From a bacterium (GTDB lineage: Bacteria > UBA8248): 64,000 nucleotides of DNA. Shown here piece after piece: positions 16,159-26,630 of this stretch; the stretch's first letter is position 1; each line of letters starts with the position of its first letter. The notes beneath the pieces were generated by a model. That model did no database searches. It was given only the letters and a program-made list of their open reading frames with translations, and was not told the DNA's origin. Made by a program: the position numbers and the translations under genes. The stretch spans positions 1,120,001-1,184,000 of the forward strand of contig OZ241875.1 in NCBI GenBank assembly GCA_965203325.1. The letters run 5' to 3'.

Positions 16159-16779
16159 ATGGCGGAGGCGCGCCGCATTACGGCGATAATCCTCGCCGCA
16201 GGCCTCTCCAAGCGCCTGGGGCGGAACAAGCTCCTCCTGTCCCTGGGGGATGAGACCGTGCTGCGCAAGACGGCGAAAGCGGTGCTCGCAAGCGCGGTTT
16301 CCGAGGTCATCCTCGTCACGGGCCATAAGGAAGCGATGGTGAAGCAGGCCGTGGAGGGTCTCGACGTGCGCATCACGCACAACCCCCGCTACGCCGAGGG
16401 GCAGAGCACGTCCATGATCGCAGGGATCGAGGCGGCATCAGGCGACGCCGGGGCATATCTGTTCGTCCTGGGCGATCAGCCCCTGCTGACGCCCGGAATC
16501 GTGAACGAGGTGATTTCCCTCTATGGGAACTCCCGGCCCGAAGCACTGGTCGCAGCGCCGGTATTCCAAGGCAGGCGCGGAAACCCCACGCTGTTCTCAG
16601 CCTCCTTGAGAGACGAACTGCTTCAGACGAGCGGAGACACGGGCGGCAGGGGGATCATCCAGAGATTGGAAACCGAATCTCCCGGCAAGATCGTTTTTCT
16701 CGAACTCCCCAATGATGATATGTTTCTCGACATCGACACGGAAGAAGATTACGAACGCATGCTTCGTAAATTCCCTTAA
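16159..16779 (+). CDS. MocA-like nucleotidyltransferase (molybdenum cofactor cytidylyltransferase family)
   Basis: ILAAGLSKRLGRNKLL, LGDQP, GNPTLF, GDTGGR, DIDT; start at ATG 16159 after GGAG. Confidence 0.85.
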   Translation: MAEARRITAIILAAGLSKRLGRNKLLLSLGDETVLRKTAKAVLASAVSEVILVTGHKEAMVKQAVEGLDVRITHNPRYAEGQSTSMIAGIEAASGDAGAYLFVLGDQPLLTPGIVNEVISLYGNSRPEALVAAPVFQGRRGNPTLFSASLRDELLQTSGDTGGRGIIQRLETESPGKIVFLELPNDDMFLDIDTEEDYERMLRKFP

Positions 16780-16809
16780 ACCTCATAAGAGCAGCGAAGG
16801 AGTGTATTC

Positions 16810-17952
16810 ATGGTGAAAGCGTTCCAGATTGCATCCGGCCCGCGCGTCCGCTTCGGCCGCGGAGAGGCCGCCCAGGTCGGAGAAGAAGCCAAGGGCCTGG
16901 GAATGACGAAGCCGATGCTCGTCACCGACCCGGGACTCGCGTCGAGCGGGGCGCTCGATTCGGTTATAAAAGGCCTCGAAGACGGCTCGATCGACTACCA
17001 GTTCTACGATCAGGCCGAGGCGAACCCCTCCGACACGAGCATCCTCGCGGCCCGCGATTTCTTTGGCGAGCACGGATGCGACGGCTTCATCGCCGCGGGC
17101 GGGGGCAGCACGATGGACACCGCCAAGGCGACGCTCGCCATCGTCGCGAACGGCGGCGCGCCGAGCGACTACTACGGGCGCGGCAAGGCCACGAAACCCG
17201 GCCCGCCGCTCATCACCGTCCCCACGACGGCGGGCACCGGCAGCGAGGTCACCATGAGCTCCATCGTCACGGACACGAAGCTCATGATCAAAACGGTGCT
17301 CGCCGACGACTCGTTGTTCGCGAAACTCGCGGTCGTCGACTCCGCGCTCCTGGCCAAGCTTCCCTCGCACATCGCGGCGGGCGCGATGATGGACGCCCTC
17401 ACCCACGCCATCGAATCGGTCGGCTCGCCCGCCTCCAATCCGTGGACGGAAGCGCTGGCGTTCGAGTCCATCGCCCGTATCGGAGCGCACGGCAGGGCCT
17501 ACGTGGACGACCCCTCGGACCCCGAGGCCGCCGACGCCATCTCGCTGGCCGCCATGCTCGCGGGACGCGCGTTCACCAACACGGGCCTCGGCATCGTGCA
17601 CTCGCTCGCGCATCCGCTGGGCGCCTATCACGGGCTGCACCACGGCACGGCGAACGGCATCCTTCTGCCGCCCGTCATGGAGTTCAACCTCCCCGCCATG
17701 CGGGAGGCCTACGCGCGCATGGCGCCGCTTTTGAAAGACGGCGCGGCGAACACTGCCGAGGCGGCGATAGACGCCATCCGCGAACTCAACACGGACATCG
17801 GCATTCCGGGCAGCCTGAGAGAGGCGGACGTCGTGAATGAGGACCTGGACGTCCTAGCGAAGGACGCGGCGGAGAGCCACCAGGTCAACACGAACCCGGT
17901 CCCCTCGACCCAGGAGGACCTGAAACGCCTTCTGCTGGCCGTGCTCGAGTAG
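16810..17952 (+). CDS. Iron-containing alcohol dehydrogenase
   Basis: GGGSTMDTAK, PTTAGTGSE, DALTHAIE, HSLAH, HHG. Confidence 0.92.
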   Translation: MVKAFQIASGPRVRFGRGEAAQVGEEAKGLGMTKPMLVTDPGLASSGALDSVIKGLEDGSIDYQFYDQAEANPSDTSILAARDFFGEHGCDGFIAAGGGSTMDTAKATLAIVANGGAPSDYYGRGKATKPGPPLITVPTTAGTGSEVTMSSIVTDTKLMIKTVLADDSLFAKLAVVDSALLAKLPSHIAAGAMMDALTHAIESVGSPASNPWTEALAFESIARIGAHGRAYVDDPSDPEAADAISLAAMLAGRAFTNTGLGIVHSLAHPLGAYHGLHHGTANGILLPPVMEFNLPAMREAYARMAPLLKDGAANTAEAAIDAIRELNTDIGIPGSLREADVVNEDLDVLAKDAAESHQVNTNPVPSTQEDLKRLLLAVLE

Positions 17953-17955
17953 ACG

Positions 17956-18477
17956 ATGCCTGCCGAGGAAATTCTGATATCGCAGGCGCAGATCGAGAGC
18001 CGCCTCCCCGAACTCGCCGCCGAGATCAACGAGGCGCTGCCCGCCGGGCCGGTTCACGTCGTCATGATCTTGAAAGGCGCGATTGTTTTCGGCGTCGATC
18101 TCGCCCGCACCCTCGGGCGCAACACCACGCTCGGCTTCCTCTCGGCATCGAGCTACGGCGCAGGCACGCGCAGCAAGGGCCGGGTGGAAATCGACGCCAG
18201 ACACCTGGGCGAGGTCGAGGGGCGGAACGTGCTGCTCATCGACGACATTCTCGATACGGGCCATACGTTCTCGAAAACCATTGATATTCTGAGAGATAAG
18301 CGCCCGGCCTCCCTCAGGACGTGCGTGCTGATGGACAAGCTGGAGAGGAGAGAAGTCGATATCCACGCGGATCACGTGGGCTTCACCATCGAGAATCATT
18401 TCGTCGTCGGCTACGGGCTCGACTGCGATGAGGCCTACCGCACCCTGCCGGACATCCGGATATATGCGCCCGAGTGA
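17956..18477 (+). CDS. hpt: Hypoxanthine phosphoribosyltransferase
   Basis: ILKGA, SSYG, VLLIDDILDTGHT, FVVGYGLD. Confidence 0.92.
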   Translation: MPAEEILISQAQIESRLPELAAEINEALPAGPVHVVMILKGAIVFGVDLARTLGRNTTLGFLSASSYGAGTRSKGRVEIDARHLGEVEGRNVLLIDDILDTGHTFSKTIDILRDKRPASLRTCVLMDKLERREVDIHADHVGFTIENHFVVGYGLDCDEAYRTLPDIRIYAPE

Positions 18478-18525
18478 GTATGGCCGGAGGAGACGAACAG
18501 GCGGAAGCCGGGGAAAGAAGGGTCG

Positions 18526-18757
18526 AATCACTCCCCTTGAGGGGGGATCTTTGAAAAAGCTCCCCTTGTCAGGGGGGTATGAAAAGGCGACACCCACCGC
18601 CGATAGAGGGCTTTTGCTTTTTTTGCCCCCCTGACAAGGGGGGGTAGGGGGGGTTGGTTTTCAAGGCGAGAGCCTGTGCCTCCGCCCGGGTTCGGGTTTT
18701 GGCCGTCATTACGACCAAGGATGATTTTTTCAACAATCCCCTCAAGGGGGAGTGATT
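18526..18757. mobile_element. Three-layer nested palindromic element
   Basis: AATCACTCCCCTTGAGGGG / CCCCTCAAGGGGGAGTGATT outside a 14/16 terminal repeat; the interior is an inverted homolog of 12236-12350. Confidence 0.75.
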
Positions 18758-18810
18758 TCATAAACCTATGTCGAATGAGAATTCCATTCTCCCATAAAGG
18801 AGTAGATTTC

Positions 18811-19914
18811 ATGCCGATTCAAGAGATAACGGTCTGGGATACCGCCGTGCAAGTCAATCAGGGTTCGAGGAACCGCTACGGGGGCGCGTCGACGCTGGAG
18901 CGGGTCGTGGTTCGCTTGGCGGACGATGCGGGCGAAGAGGGCTGGGGCGAGGCGGCGCCTTTGATGTATTTCACCAAAGAAACGGGATCGGACATGGCGG
19001 CGACCCTGCGCGAAGCGGCTCCCCGGATACGCGGCAAAGAGGCGGATGAACTCCTCGCCGCGCTCGATGAGGTGGCGGACTTTGGGGGCATGGGCGCCGC
19101 GCGCACCGCGCTCGAAATCGCCGCGGTCGACCTGGCCGCCAAGATCAACGAGGCGCCCTTCTCCCAGGTTTTCGGCGGGCACAAGAGAAACGCCGTCACG
19201 CTCGACGCGCCCATCGGCCTCCTCCCACCCGATGAAGCCGTCAGGAAGGCCGAACCGCTTGTGGAGCAAGGCGTCACGACCCTCAAGGTGAAATCGGGCG
19301 TCGATATGGAGGCGGACGCAGAGCGCATCGTGAGGCTGCGCGAGCGATTCGGCCCCGATATAAAACTCAGGACGGATGCGAACGGCGGCTACTCGCCCGA
19401 GGAAGCCCTGCGCTTCACGGACAAGATGATCGAGATCGACCTGGAACACTTCGAGCAGCCCGTGCTCCCCACGGAGAAGAAATGCCTCGACGTGTTCCGC
19501 GAAATTCGCGCCCGTGGGATGCAGGTCGCCCTGGATGAATCGCTGTTCTCTATCGACGACGCGCGCCGCCTCGTCGATGCGGATGCCGTCGACATCGGCC
19601 TCATCAAGATCGCGAAATTCGGCGGCCCCCGAAACGCCTGGGAGGTGGCGCGGGTGTTCGACGCCGCCGGCAAGCCCGCCCTGCTCAGTTCGCCCTATGA
19701 GTCGTATATCGCCAAATCGGCGGGGTTCGCCCTCGCGCTGTCTTTGGAGACTTACGATAGAGCCCATGAACTCGCCCATCTGCTCGATGAGGAGCCATAC
19801 GCCGAGTGGCGCCACGCCATATCGGGCGGTGCGTTCACGGCAGGAGATGCGGCCGGGCACGGCGCCGTCGGCATCCCCGCCCGCGCCGAAAAGATGGCGA
19901 GGGCTACCGTATAA
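18811..19914 (+). CDS. Enolase-superfamily protein (muconate cycloisomerase/dipeptide epimerase-like)
   Basis: GWGEA, LKVK, DANGG, EQP, DES, IKIAKFGG; start ATG 18811 after AAGGAG. Confidence 0.88.
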   Translation: MPIQEITVWDTAVQVNQGSRNRYGGASTLERVVVRLADDAGEEGWGEAAPLMYFTKETGSDMAATLREAAPRIRGKEADELLAALDEVADFGGMGAARTALEIAAVDLAAKINEAPFSQVFGGHKRNAVTLDAPIGLLPPDEAVRKAEPLVEQGVTTLKVKSGVDMEADAERIVRLRERFGPDIKLRTDANGGYSPEEALRFTDKMIEIDLEHFEQPVLPTEKKCLDVFREIRARGMQVALDESLFSIDDARRLVDADAVDIGLIKIAKFGGPRNAWEVARVFDAAGKPALLSSPYESYIAKSAGFALALSLETYDRAHELAHLLDEEPYAEWRHAISGGAFTAGDAAGHGAVGIPARAEKMARATV

Positions 19915-19944
19915 CGGGAACGAATCCTTAAATCACGCAGGAGA

Positions 19945-20868
19945 ATGAATGCGATGAGTCTCCCCAAAAAGGTCGATATCGTCGAAGTGGGCACGCGGGA
20001 CGGCCTCCAGAACGAGAAGCAATACATATCGTCCGAAGACAAGATAAAACTTCTCGACACCATCACCGACGCCGGCGTCCGCCGGGTCGAGGTGACGAGT
20101 TTCGTGAGTCCCAAACACGTCCCGCAGCTTAAAGACGCACAGGAGGTGCTGGCTGGCTGCAAGCGCAGCCCAGATGCCGAGTACGAGGCCCTGGTCCCCA
20201 ACGTGCGCGGCATGGAGCGCGCGCTCGAGTGCGAACTCGACGGCGTGATGCTGTTCGTCGCCGCCAGCGAGACGTTCAACCAGAAGAACATCCGCGCGAG
20301 CCGGGAGACGATGCTCGGCGTCGCCCGCGAAGTCGCCAAAATGGCGCTGGATGCGGGCCTCAAGCTCAGGGGCGGCGTGGTCGCCACCTTCGGCTGCCCG
20401 TATGAAGGGCGCATCTCCTATGAGGACATCGAGTGGGTGGTCGGCGAATACGTGGACATGGGCTGCGGGGAAATCGGCTTGGCCGACACCGTCGGCATGT
20501 CGAACCCGGCCGAAATCAAGAAGCTGACCGAGCATATTCGTAACAAATTCCCCTCCGTCCGCTACGCGCTCCACCTCCACAACACGAGAGGGGCCGGCCT
20601 GGCCAACCTGCTGGCGGGCCTCGAAGTCGGCGTCGATACGTTCGACGCCTCCATCGGCGGCCTGGGCGGCTGCCCCTTCGCGCCGCGCGCGACCGGCAAC
20701 ATCGCGAGCGAGGACACGATCAACATGCTCCACGAGATGGGGATCGAAACCGGCGTCGACCTGCCGAAACTCTTGGAAGCCGTCGCCCACGCGGAGAAAA
20801 TCCTGAACCGCCAGCTGCCGGGGCAACTCCTCCATGCCGGCATCCCCGAGTGGGAAATGGCGTCCTAG
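19945..20868 (+). CDS. Hydroxymethylglutaryl-CoA lyase family protein
   Basis: EVGTRDGLQNE, HLHNTRG, GLGGCPFAP, GNIASED. Confidence 0.9.
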   Translation: MNAMSLPKKVDIVEVGTRDGLQNEKQYISSEDKIKLLDTITDAGVRRVEVTSFVSPKHVPQLKDAQEVLAGCKRSPDAEYEALVPNVRGMERALECELDGVMLFVAASETFNQKNIRASRETMLGVAREVAKMALDAGLKLRGGVVATFGCPYEGRISYEDIEWVVGEYVDMGCGEIGLADTVGMSNPAEIKKLTEHIRNKFPSVRYALHLHNTRGAGLANLLAGLEVGVDTFDASIGGLGGCPFAPRATGNIASEDTINMLHEMGIETGVDLPKLLEAVAHAEKILNRQLPGQLLHAGIPEWEMAS

Positions 20869-20952
20869 CGACTCCGGCGGGTGGCGCGTAAGCACCTCAG
20901 ACTCTCTATAGGCAGTTCGCACTCTTTCTTTATCAGGTAAGGGCAAACGAAA

Positions 20953-21786
20953 ATGGCGCAACAACTCGTCCATGGGATTGACTTTTCCGGTGATGTAAAG
21001 ATGTGGAAGCCGGGTTGCGGGCGCTCGAACGTCTGGATTGCAACGGCGGAATGGGATGTGAACCGACTTGAACTGATCGAACTGAGACGAGTACAGGAAT
21101 TACCGGGCGAAGGCCATCCTTTCACTCGCTTGGTCCAACTCCTCGCTAGCGCTGATTACATCGCGGCGGCTATCGACGCTCCTTTCGCCCTGCCCACCCG
21201 CCATATGCCAGCGAGTGGCTTACCAGCACTATTAGAAGCAGTCAAAACATTTGAAACTGAGGGCCGCCCTTTCGCAAAAGCTGAACAACTGGTTCGCTAC
21301 GCTGAAAACATCGCCTCGAAAAAAGAGAGTAAACCGATGCGAGAAACCGAAAATGTCTGGAGCATAAAGGGCGTCAATGTGCGCTCGACACTATGGGGCC
21401 GTGACAAACACGAGCCGCGTGGGGGAGCGGCCTTCGCAACTGCCTGCCTGACCCTGCTGACTGAGGCGAAGCGGCCCCTCTGGCCTTGGATAAAAGCAGG
21501 ACCCGGGCTGCTCGCGGAGGCATTTCCGGCAGCGCAGCTTCGTTGTTGGGGATTGCCCCATAACGGTTATGACGGAAATGCGACAACGCGGGACGAAATT
21601 CTTGAAGGAATCGAGCAACGAATTGTCATGCCCGAACCGCTACACTTCCTTTGCCAAGAAAGTGCAGACGCTCTGGATGCAGTGCTCTGCCTCTTTGCGG
21701 CTGTCGCGGCGGTGAACGGCATGGCAATTTGCGAGGATCCAGATTTATCGAAAACGGAAGGATGGATCGCTGTCCATCCCGTTTGA
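20953..21786 (+). CDS. DUF429-like predicted RNase-H-fold nuclease
   Basis: GIDFSG, IDAPFALP, EAFPAA, DALDAVLC, EGWI. Confidence 0.7.
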   Translation: MAQQLVHGIDFSGDVKMWKPGCGRSNVWIATAEWDVNRLELIELRRVQELPGEGHPFTRLVQLLASADYIAAAIDAPFALPTRHMPASGLPALLEAVKTFETEGRPFAKAEQLVRYAENIASKKESKPMRETENVWSIKGVNVRSTLWGRDKHEPRGGAAFATACLTLLTEAKRPLWPWIKAGPGLLAEAFPAAQLRCWGLPHNGYDGNATTRDEILEGIEQRIVMPEPLHFLCQESADALDAVLCLFAAVAAVNGMAICEDPDLSKTEGWIAVHPV

Positions 21787-21856
21787 CTTTCCAAGATTTG
21801 AGCTTGCGCCGCGCCGATTCTCTTCCCAAAATCCCCTCAGGCCCACCCGGAAATCC

Positions 21857-21895
21857 TTGACTTTGCGGCCCAAAGCTGATTGTATGCAATATACA
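21857..21895 (+). promoter_or_regulatory. Promoter region with a TGTAT-N5-ATACA palindrome (candidate GntR operator)
   Basis: TTGACT at 21857; TGTATgcaatATACA at 21881-21895. Confidence 0.55.
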
Positions 21896-21911
21896 CTTTA
21901 GGAGAAGCGCA

Positions 21912-23474
21912 TTGCCTTCCGACTCGAATCGACCGGACCCGATAGAAGAGCTGAAGGAGCTTACCGCACAGGCGCAGGCGCTGGGCGGCGAGGCGGCGAA
22001 AGAGCGCCAGCACAAACAAGGCAAGCTGACCGCCAGGGAGCGCATCGACCTCCTGCTCGACCCCGATAGTTTTTCCGAACTCAACCTTTTCGTCGAAACG
22101 CGCACCACGGATTTCGGGATGGATGCGCGGCGCTCCCCCGGGGACGGCGTCATCACCGGCAGCGGGCGCGTGAACGGTCAACTCGTATTCGTGGCTTCTC
22201 AGGATTTCGGCGCCCTCGGCGGCTCGCTGGGCGAGATGCACGCGGAAAAAATCGTGAAGATGCAGGACCTCGCCATGAAGGCGGGCGCGCCCATCGTCAC
22301 CATCCTCGATTCGGGCGGCGCGCGCATCCACGAGGGCGTCCTGGCGCTTCACGGATACGCGCAAATCTTTAAGAACAACACCCACGCGTCGGGCGTGATC
22401 CCGCAGATATCGATCATCTTAGGCCCCTGCGCGGGCGGCGCGGTCTACTCGCCCGCCATCACGGACTTCGTCTTCATGGTCGACGGGCTGAGCAAGATGT
22501 TCATCACGGGGCCTGAGGTCATCAAGGCGGTGACGGGGGAAGACGTATCCGTCGAGGAATTGGGCGGCGGTGCGGTGCACAGCTCGACGAGCGGGAACGC
22601 GCATTTTCTCGCCAGAGACGAGCGCGAATGCTTCGGGATGGTGAAGAAGCTGCTCTCCTTCCTGCCGTCGAACAATCTCGACGATCCGCCCCTGTCCGAC
22701 CCGCCCGAGTGGCCGCCCGATGAGAACCCCGAACTCGAAGGGGTCGTCCCGGCGGAGGCCACGAACGCCTACGACGTACGCGACCTGATAACCAACGTCT
22801 TCGATGACGGCGATTTCCTGGAGGTTCATGCGGAGTTCGCCAAAAACATCGTCGTCGGGTTCGCGCGCCTGGGGGGAAGACCCGTCGGCGTCGTGGGGAA
22901 CCAGCCCACGCACCTGGCCGGCGTCCTGGACATCGACAGCTCCGACAAGCTCGCGCGCTTCGTTCGATTCTGCGACGCCTTCAACCTCCCCCTCGTCAAC
23001 TTCGTGGACGTACCCGGCTATCTGCCTGGCACCCAGCAGGAATACGGCGGCGTCATCCGCCACGGGGCCAAGGTGCTCTTCGCCTACAGCGAGGCAAACG
23101 TGCCGAAAATCGCCTTGATCGTCAGAAAAAGCTACGGCGGCGCCTACATCGCGATGAGCGGATTCGGCCTGGGTTACGACCGCGTTCTCGCCTATCCGTT
23201 CGCCGAGATCGCCGTGATGGGTCCCGAGGGCGCCGCGAACATCATCTTCCGGCGCGAGATCGGCGAGGCCGAGGACCCCGAAAAGGTCCGCCGGGAGAAG
23301 ATAGAGGAATACCGGAGGCTTTTCGCAACCCCCTACACGGCGGCGAAATACGGTCTCGTGGACGTCATCATCGAGCCGCGCCAGACGAGGGGCGCGCTCA
23401 TCCGGGCGCTTGAAATGACCGCGCACAAGCGCGAGGAGCGGCCGCAGAAAAAACACGGAAACATTCCGCTGTAG
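21912..23474 (+). CDS. Acyl-CoA carboxyltransferase (methylmalonyl-CoA decarboxylase alpha/PccB type)
   Basis: GKLTARER, GDGVITG, GGARIHEG, GPCAGGAVYSPA, DVPGYLPG, KKHGNIPL; TTG start after AGGAG. Confidence 0.9.
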   Translation: MPSDSNRPDPIEELKELTAQAQALGGEAAKERQHKQGKLTARERIDLLLDPDSFSELNLFVETRTTDFGMDARRSPGDGVITGSGRVNGQLVFVASQDFGALGGSLGEMHAEKIVKMQDLAMKAGAPIVTILDSGGARIHEGVLALHGYAQIFKNNTHASGVIPQISIILGPCAGGAVYSPAITDFVFMVDGLSKMFITGPEVIKAVTGEDVSVEELGGGAVHSSTSGNAHFLARDERECFGMVKKLLSFLPSNNLDDPPLSDPPEWPPDENPELEGVVPAEATNAYDVRDLITNVFDDGDFLEVHAEFAKNIVVGFARLGGRPVGVVGNQPTHLAGVLDIDSSDKLARFVRFCDAFNLPLVNFVDVPGYLPGTQQEYGGVIRHGAKVLFAYSEANVPKIALIVRKSYGGAYIAMSGFGLGYDRVLAYPFAEIAVMGPEGAANIIFRREIGEAEDPEKVRREKIEEYRRLFATPYTAAKYGLVDVIIEPRQTRGALIRALEMTAHKREERPQKKHGNIPL

Positions 23475-23488
23475 AAAAGGATTTCCCC

Positions 23489-23809
23489 GTGGACGCATTC
23501 ATACCCGGAATCTTACTGACGATCATCGGCATGGGCGTCGTCTTCGGCTCCCTGCTCGTGCTGATGGCGGTCATCCTGCTTCTGGAGAGATTCGTCGGCT
23601 CGGGACCTCAGGAGACCGACTCAGGGGCGGAGGATGCGGATACCGCCGCGCAAGGTGATGATCTGGACCTCGTCCTCGCGGCCGCCGCCGGATATTATCT
23701 GGAAACCGAAACGCCCGAGATATTCGTTCCCCCGGTGCGCCGGGGCGCAGATTCCCTGTGGGCGCGTACCGCCCGCCGGGGCCATTCCATGCAGCGGAGG
23801 CGTCGGTGA
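23489..23809 (+). CDS. OadG/MmdD-like membrane anchor subunit of a Na+-translocating decarboxylase
   Basis: [15 protein letters not shown] single TM helix, LAAAA, S-x-W motif; operon position. Confidence 0.8.
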   Translation: MDAFIPGILLTIIGMGVVFGSLLVLMAVILLLERFVGSGPQETDSGAEDADTAAQGDDLDLVLAAAAGYYLETETPEIFVPPVRRGADSLWARTARRGHSMQRRRR

Positions 23810-24222
23810 GAAATTTCCATCTGACCATCAACGGAAAACGCTACGCGGTGAGCGTGGAGCGAGACCCCGGCTCGGACGAACTCGAGATTACGGTAGACGG
23901 CGAGACGCATCGCGTGGGGGTGGAAGAAGAGGAGAAGGCCGCCCCCTCCGCTACCCCCGCCCCACGTCCGGCCGCCGCGCGCAAGCCCGCGCCCCGGGCG
24001 ACGAGCGTCGGCGGGAAGATATTGGCTCCGCTTCCGGGCGTGGTCTTATCCGTCGAGGTCGCAGCGGGCGATTCGGCGAGCGCAGGCGATACGCTTTTGG
24101 TGCTGGAGGCGATGAAGATGGAGAACGTGATTCTCGCGGATTCGGACTGCGTCGTGCAGGCGGTTCACGTGCGCAAGGGCGACAAGGTGGAAGCCTCGCA
24201 ACTGCTGCTGGAGGTCTCATGA
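23806..24222 (+). CDS. Biotin carboxyl carrier subunit
   Basis: EAMKMEN; Ala/Pro linker; GTG start overlapping the upstream stop. Confidence 0.9.
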   Translation: MRNFHLTINGKRYAVSVERDPGSDELEITVDGETHRVGVEEEEKAAPSATPAPRPAAARKPAPRATSVGGKILAPLPGVVLSVEVAAGDSASAGDTLLVLEAMKMENVILADSDCVVQAVHVRKGDKVEASQLLLEVS

Positions 24223-25343
24223 GCCGCCTGTTCCACTCGGTCGCCGAATTCATCTCCCTCACCGGGTTCGCGTCCCTTCATTTCGGGGACGTCCTCATGC
24301 TCGCCATCTCCTGCCTCCTGCTCTACCTGGCCATCCATAAGGGCTTTGAACCCCTGCTCCTGGTGCCCATCGGGTTCGGCATGCTGCTCTCGAACCTCCC
24401 TGAAACCGGCATTTTCGACAAGGGCGGCCTCATCCACTATTTCTATTTCGGGGTGAAGGCGGGCGTGTTCCCGCCCCTGATCTTCATGGGCATCGGAGCG
24501 CTCACGGATTTCGGCCCGCTGCTCGCAAATCCCAAGACGCTGCTCCTCGGAGCTGCGGCGCAGTTCGGCATTTTCGCCACGCTGCTCGGGAGCATATTCC
24601 TGGGCTTCAACCTCTCCGAAGCCGGCGCCATCGGCATCATCGGCGGGGCGGACGGCCCCACGGCCATCTACACGGCTTCCAAGCTGGCGCCCCACCTGCT
24701 CGGCCCCATCGCCGTGGCCGCCTACAGCTATATGGCGCTCGTGCCGATGATTCAGCCCCCCATCATGAAGGCGCTGACGAACAGCGAGGAACGCTCGCGG
24801 GAGATGATGCAGCTAAAAGAGATCGAAAAGCCCGTCCGCATCCTCTTCCCCATCATCACGACGCTGCTCACGGGCCTTCTCCTCCCCTCGGCGGCGCCCC
24901 TCATCGGGATGCTCATGCTCGGCAACCTCTTCCGCGAGTGCGGGGTCGTCGAGAGGCTCTTGAAGACTTCCGAAGATGCGCTGCTCAACATCGTGACGAT
25001 ATTCCTCGGCGTCTCGGTGGGCGCTTCGATGACGGCGGAGACTTTCCTCAAGTGGGAGACCATCGGCATCCTCCTGCTCGGCTTCATCGCCTTCGGCATC
25101 GGCACGGCCACCGGCGTCATCTTCGGCAAGATCATGGCGGCGTGCAGCCGCACGCCGATCAATCCCCTCATCGGCGCGGCGGGCGTGAGCGCGGTTCCCA
25201 TGGCGGCCCGCGTCGTCCAGAAGGTGGGGGCCGACGAGAATCCGGGCAATTTTCTGCTCATGCACGCGATGGGGCCCAACGTGGCGGGCGTCATCGGCTC
25301 GGCGATTGCGGCCGGTGTACTGATTTCACTCATCCGAATCTGA
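24219..25343 (+). CDS. Na+-translocating decarboxylase beta subunit (OadB/MmdB family)
   Basis: [57 protein letters not shown]. Confidence 0.93.
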   Translation: MSRLFHSVAEFISLTGFASLHFGDVLMLAISCLLLYLAIHKGFEPLLLVPIGFGMLLSNLPETGIFDKGGLIHYFYFGVKAGVFPPLIFMGIGALTDFGPLLANPKTLLLGAAAQFGIFATLLGSIFLGFNLSEAGAIGIIGGADGPTAIYTASKLAPHLLGPIAVAAYSYMALVPMIQPPIMKALTNSEERSREMMQLKEIEKPVRILFPIITTLLTGLLLPSAAPLIGMLMLGNLFRECGVVERLLKTSEDALLNIVTIFLGVSVGASMTAETFLKWETIGILLLGFIAFGIGTATGVIFGKIMAACSRTPINPLIGAAGVSAVPMAARVVQKVGADENPGNFLLMHAMGPNVAGVIGSAIAAGVLISLIRI

Positions 25344-25358
25344 AGGAGCGACATTTTC

Positions 25359-26549
25359 ATGGCTGGACCACTCGAAGGCGTTCGCGTAGTCGACCTGACG
25401 CGAATCCTCGCAGGCCCGTACTGCACCATGATGCTGGGCGATATGGGCGCGGAAGTCATCAAGATCGAACATCCCCAGGGCGGGGACGACACCCGAGGCT
25501 GGGGGCCACCCTTTCTGAACGGGGTGAGCACATACTTCATCTCGATTAACCGCAACAAGAAAAGCCTCACGCTCAACCTGAAGGACGAGCGCGGCAAGGA
25601 ACTCCTGCGCGATCTGATTCGCAAGGGCGACGTCGTCGTGGAGAACTTCCGGCCCGGCACGCTGGACAAGCTCGGGTTTTCTTGGGAGGAGATCCACCGC
25701 ATCAACCCCGCAGTCATATTCGCCTCGCTCTCGGGCTTCGGCCAGACCGGCCCCCGGAAAAACGAGCCCGGCTTCGACGTGGTCATCCAGGGCGAGGGCG
25801 GAATCATGAGCATCACCGGAGAGCCCGACGGCCCGCCCAGCAAGTTTGGCGCATCCATTGGAGACATCACGGCGGGAATGCTCGCCGCCCAGGGCGTTCT
25901 ACTCTCCCTCTACCACCGCGAGAAGACCGGCGTCGGGCAGATGGTCGACGTCGGCATGCTCGACGGGCAGGTGGCCCTGCTCACCTACCACGCGAACAAC
26001 TACTTCGGAACCGGAAAGCTACCGCCCAGGCGGGGGAACAAGCATCCCTCCATCACGCCGTATGAGACATACAAGTGCAAGGACGGGTATTTCAACCTCG
26101 GCGTGGGCAACGACAGCCTCTGGCGCAGGTTCTGCGACGCGATGGGGCTTGCGGAGATCAAGGAAGACCCCAAATTCGCCATCAACAAGGACAGGGTGGA
26201 CAACCGCCTGGAGCTCCAGGAGATTCTCGACCCCTTCTTCGCCGAGAAGACGGTGGGTGAAACGATCGAAACCCTGCGGGGAGCAGGCATCCCGTGCGGC
26301 CCCATCAACAATCTCGAGCAGGTGCTGAACGAGCCCCAAATCCTCGCGCGCGAGATGGTGGTGGATATCGACGTGCCCGTCGCCGGCCCCACGAAGGTGA
26401 CCGGCGTACCCATCAAGCTCTCCGAAACCCCGGGCGCGGTGCGGACGCCGCCGCCCACGCTGGGCCAGCACACAGAAGAGGTGCTCGAATCCGTCCTCGG
26501 CATGGATGAGGCGCAAAGAAAAACGCTTCGAGACGAAGGCGTGGTGTGA
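25359..26549 (+). CDS. Family III CoA-transferase (CaiB/BaiF)
   Basis: PLEGVRVVDLTRILAGP, NRNKKS, ENFRPG, SGFGQTGP, PTLGQHT. Confidence 0.92.
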   Translation: MAGPLEGVRVVDLTRILAGPYCTMMLGDMGAEVIKIEHPQGGDDTRGWGPPFLNGVSTYFISINRNKKSLTLNLKDERGKELLRDLIRKGDVVVENFRPGTLDKLGFSWEEIHRINPAVIFASLSGFGQTGPRKNEPGFDVVIQGEGGIMSITGEPDGPPSKFGASIGDITAGMLAAQGVLLSLYHREKTGVGQMVDVGMLDGQVALLTYHANNYFGTGKLPPRRGNKHPSITPYETYKCKDGYFNLGVGNDSLWRRFCDAMGLAEIKEDPKFAINKDRVDNRLELQEILDPFFAEKTVGETIETLRGAGIPCGPINNLEQVLNEPQILAREMVVDIDVPVAGPTKVTGVPIKLSETPGAVRTPPPTLGQHTEEVLESVLGMDEAQRKTLRDEGVV

Positions 26550-26630
26550 GGCTTGGGAGCATGAAAATCTTCGGAGGCTTCTCCGGCATTATGGCGTTGA
26601 GACTTCGCAAGGGCTCGTGGGGGGATTGAG

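Noticed and set aside
18676..18810. N-terminal extension of the enolase-family ORF
   Set aside because: It lies in the repeat element; a strong RBS precedes ATG 18811
23634..24218. 569-aa fused form of the decarboxylase beta subunit
   Set aside because: The upstream part overlaps the delta and biotin-carrier genes in other frames; the real start is the ATGA-coupled 24219
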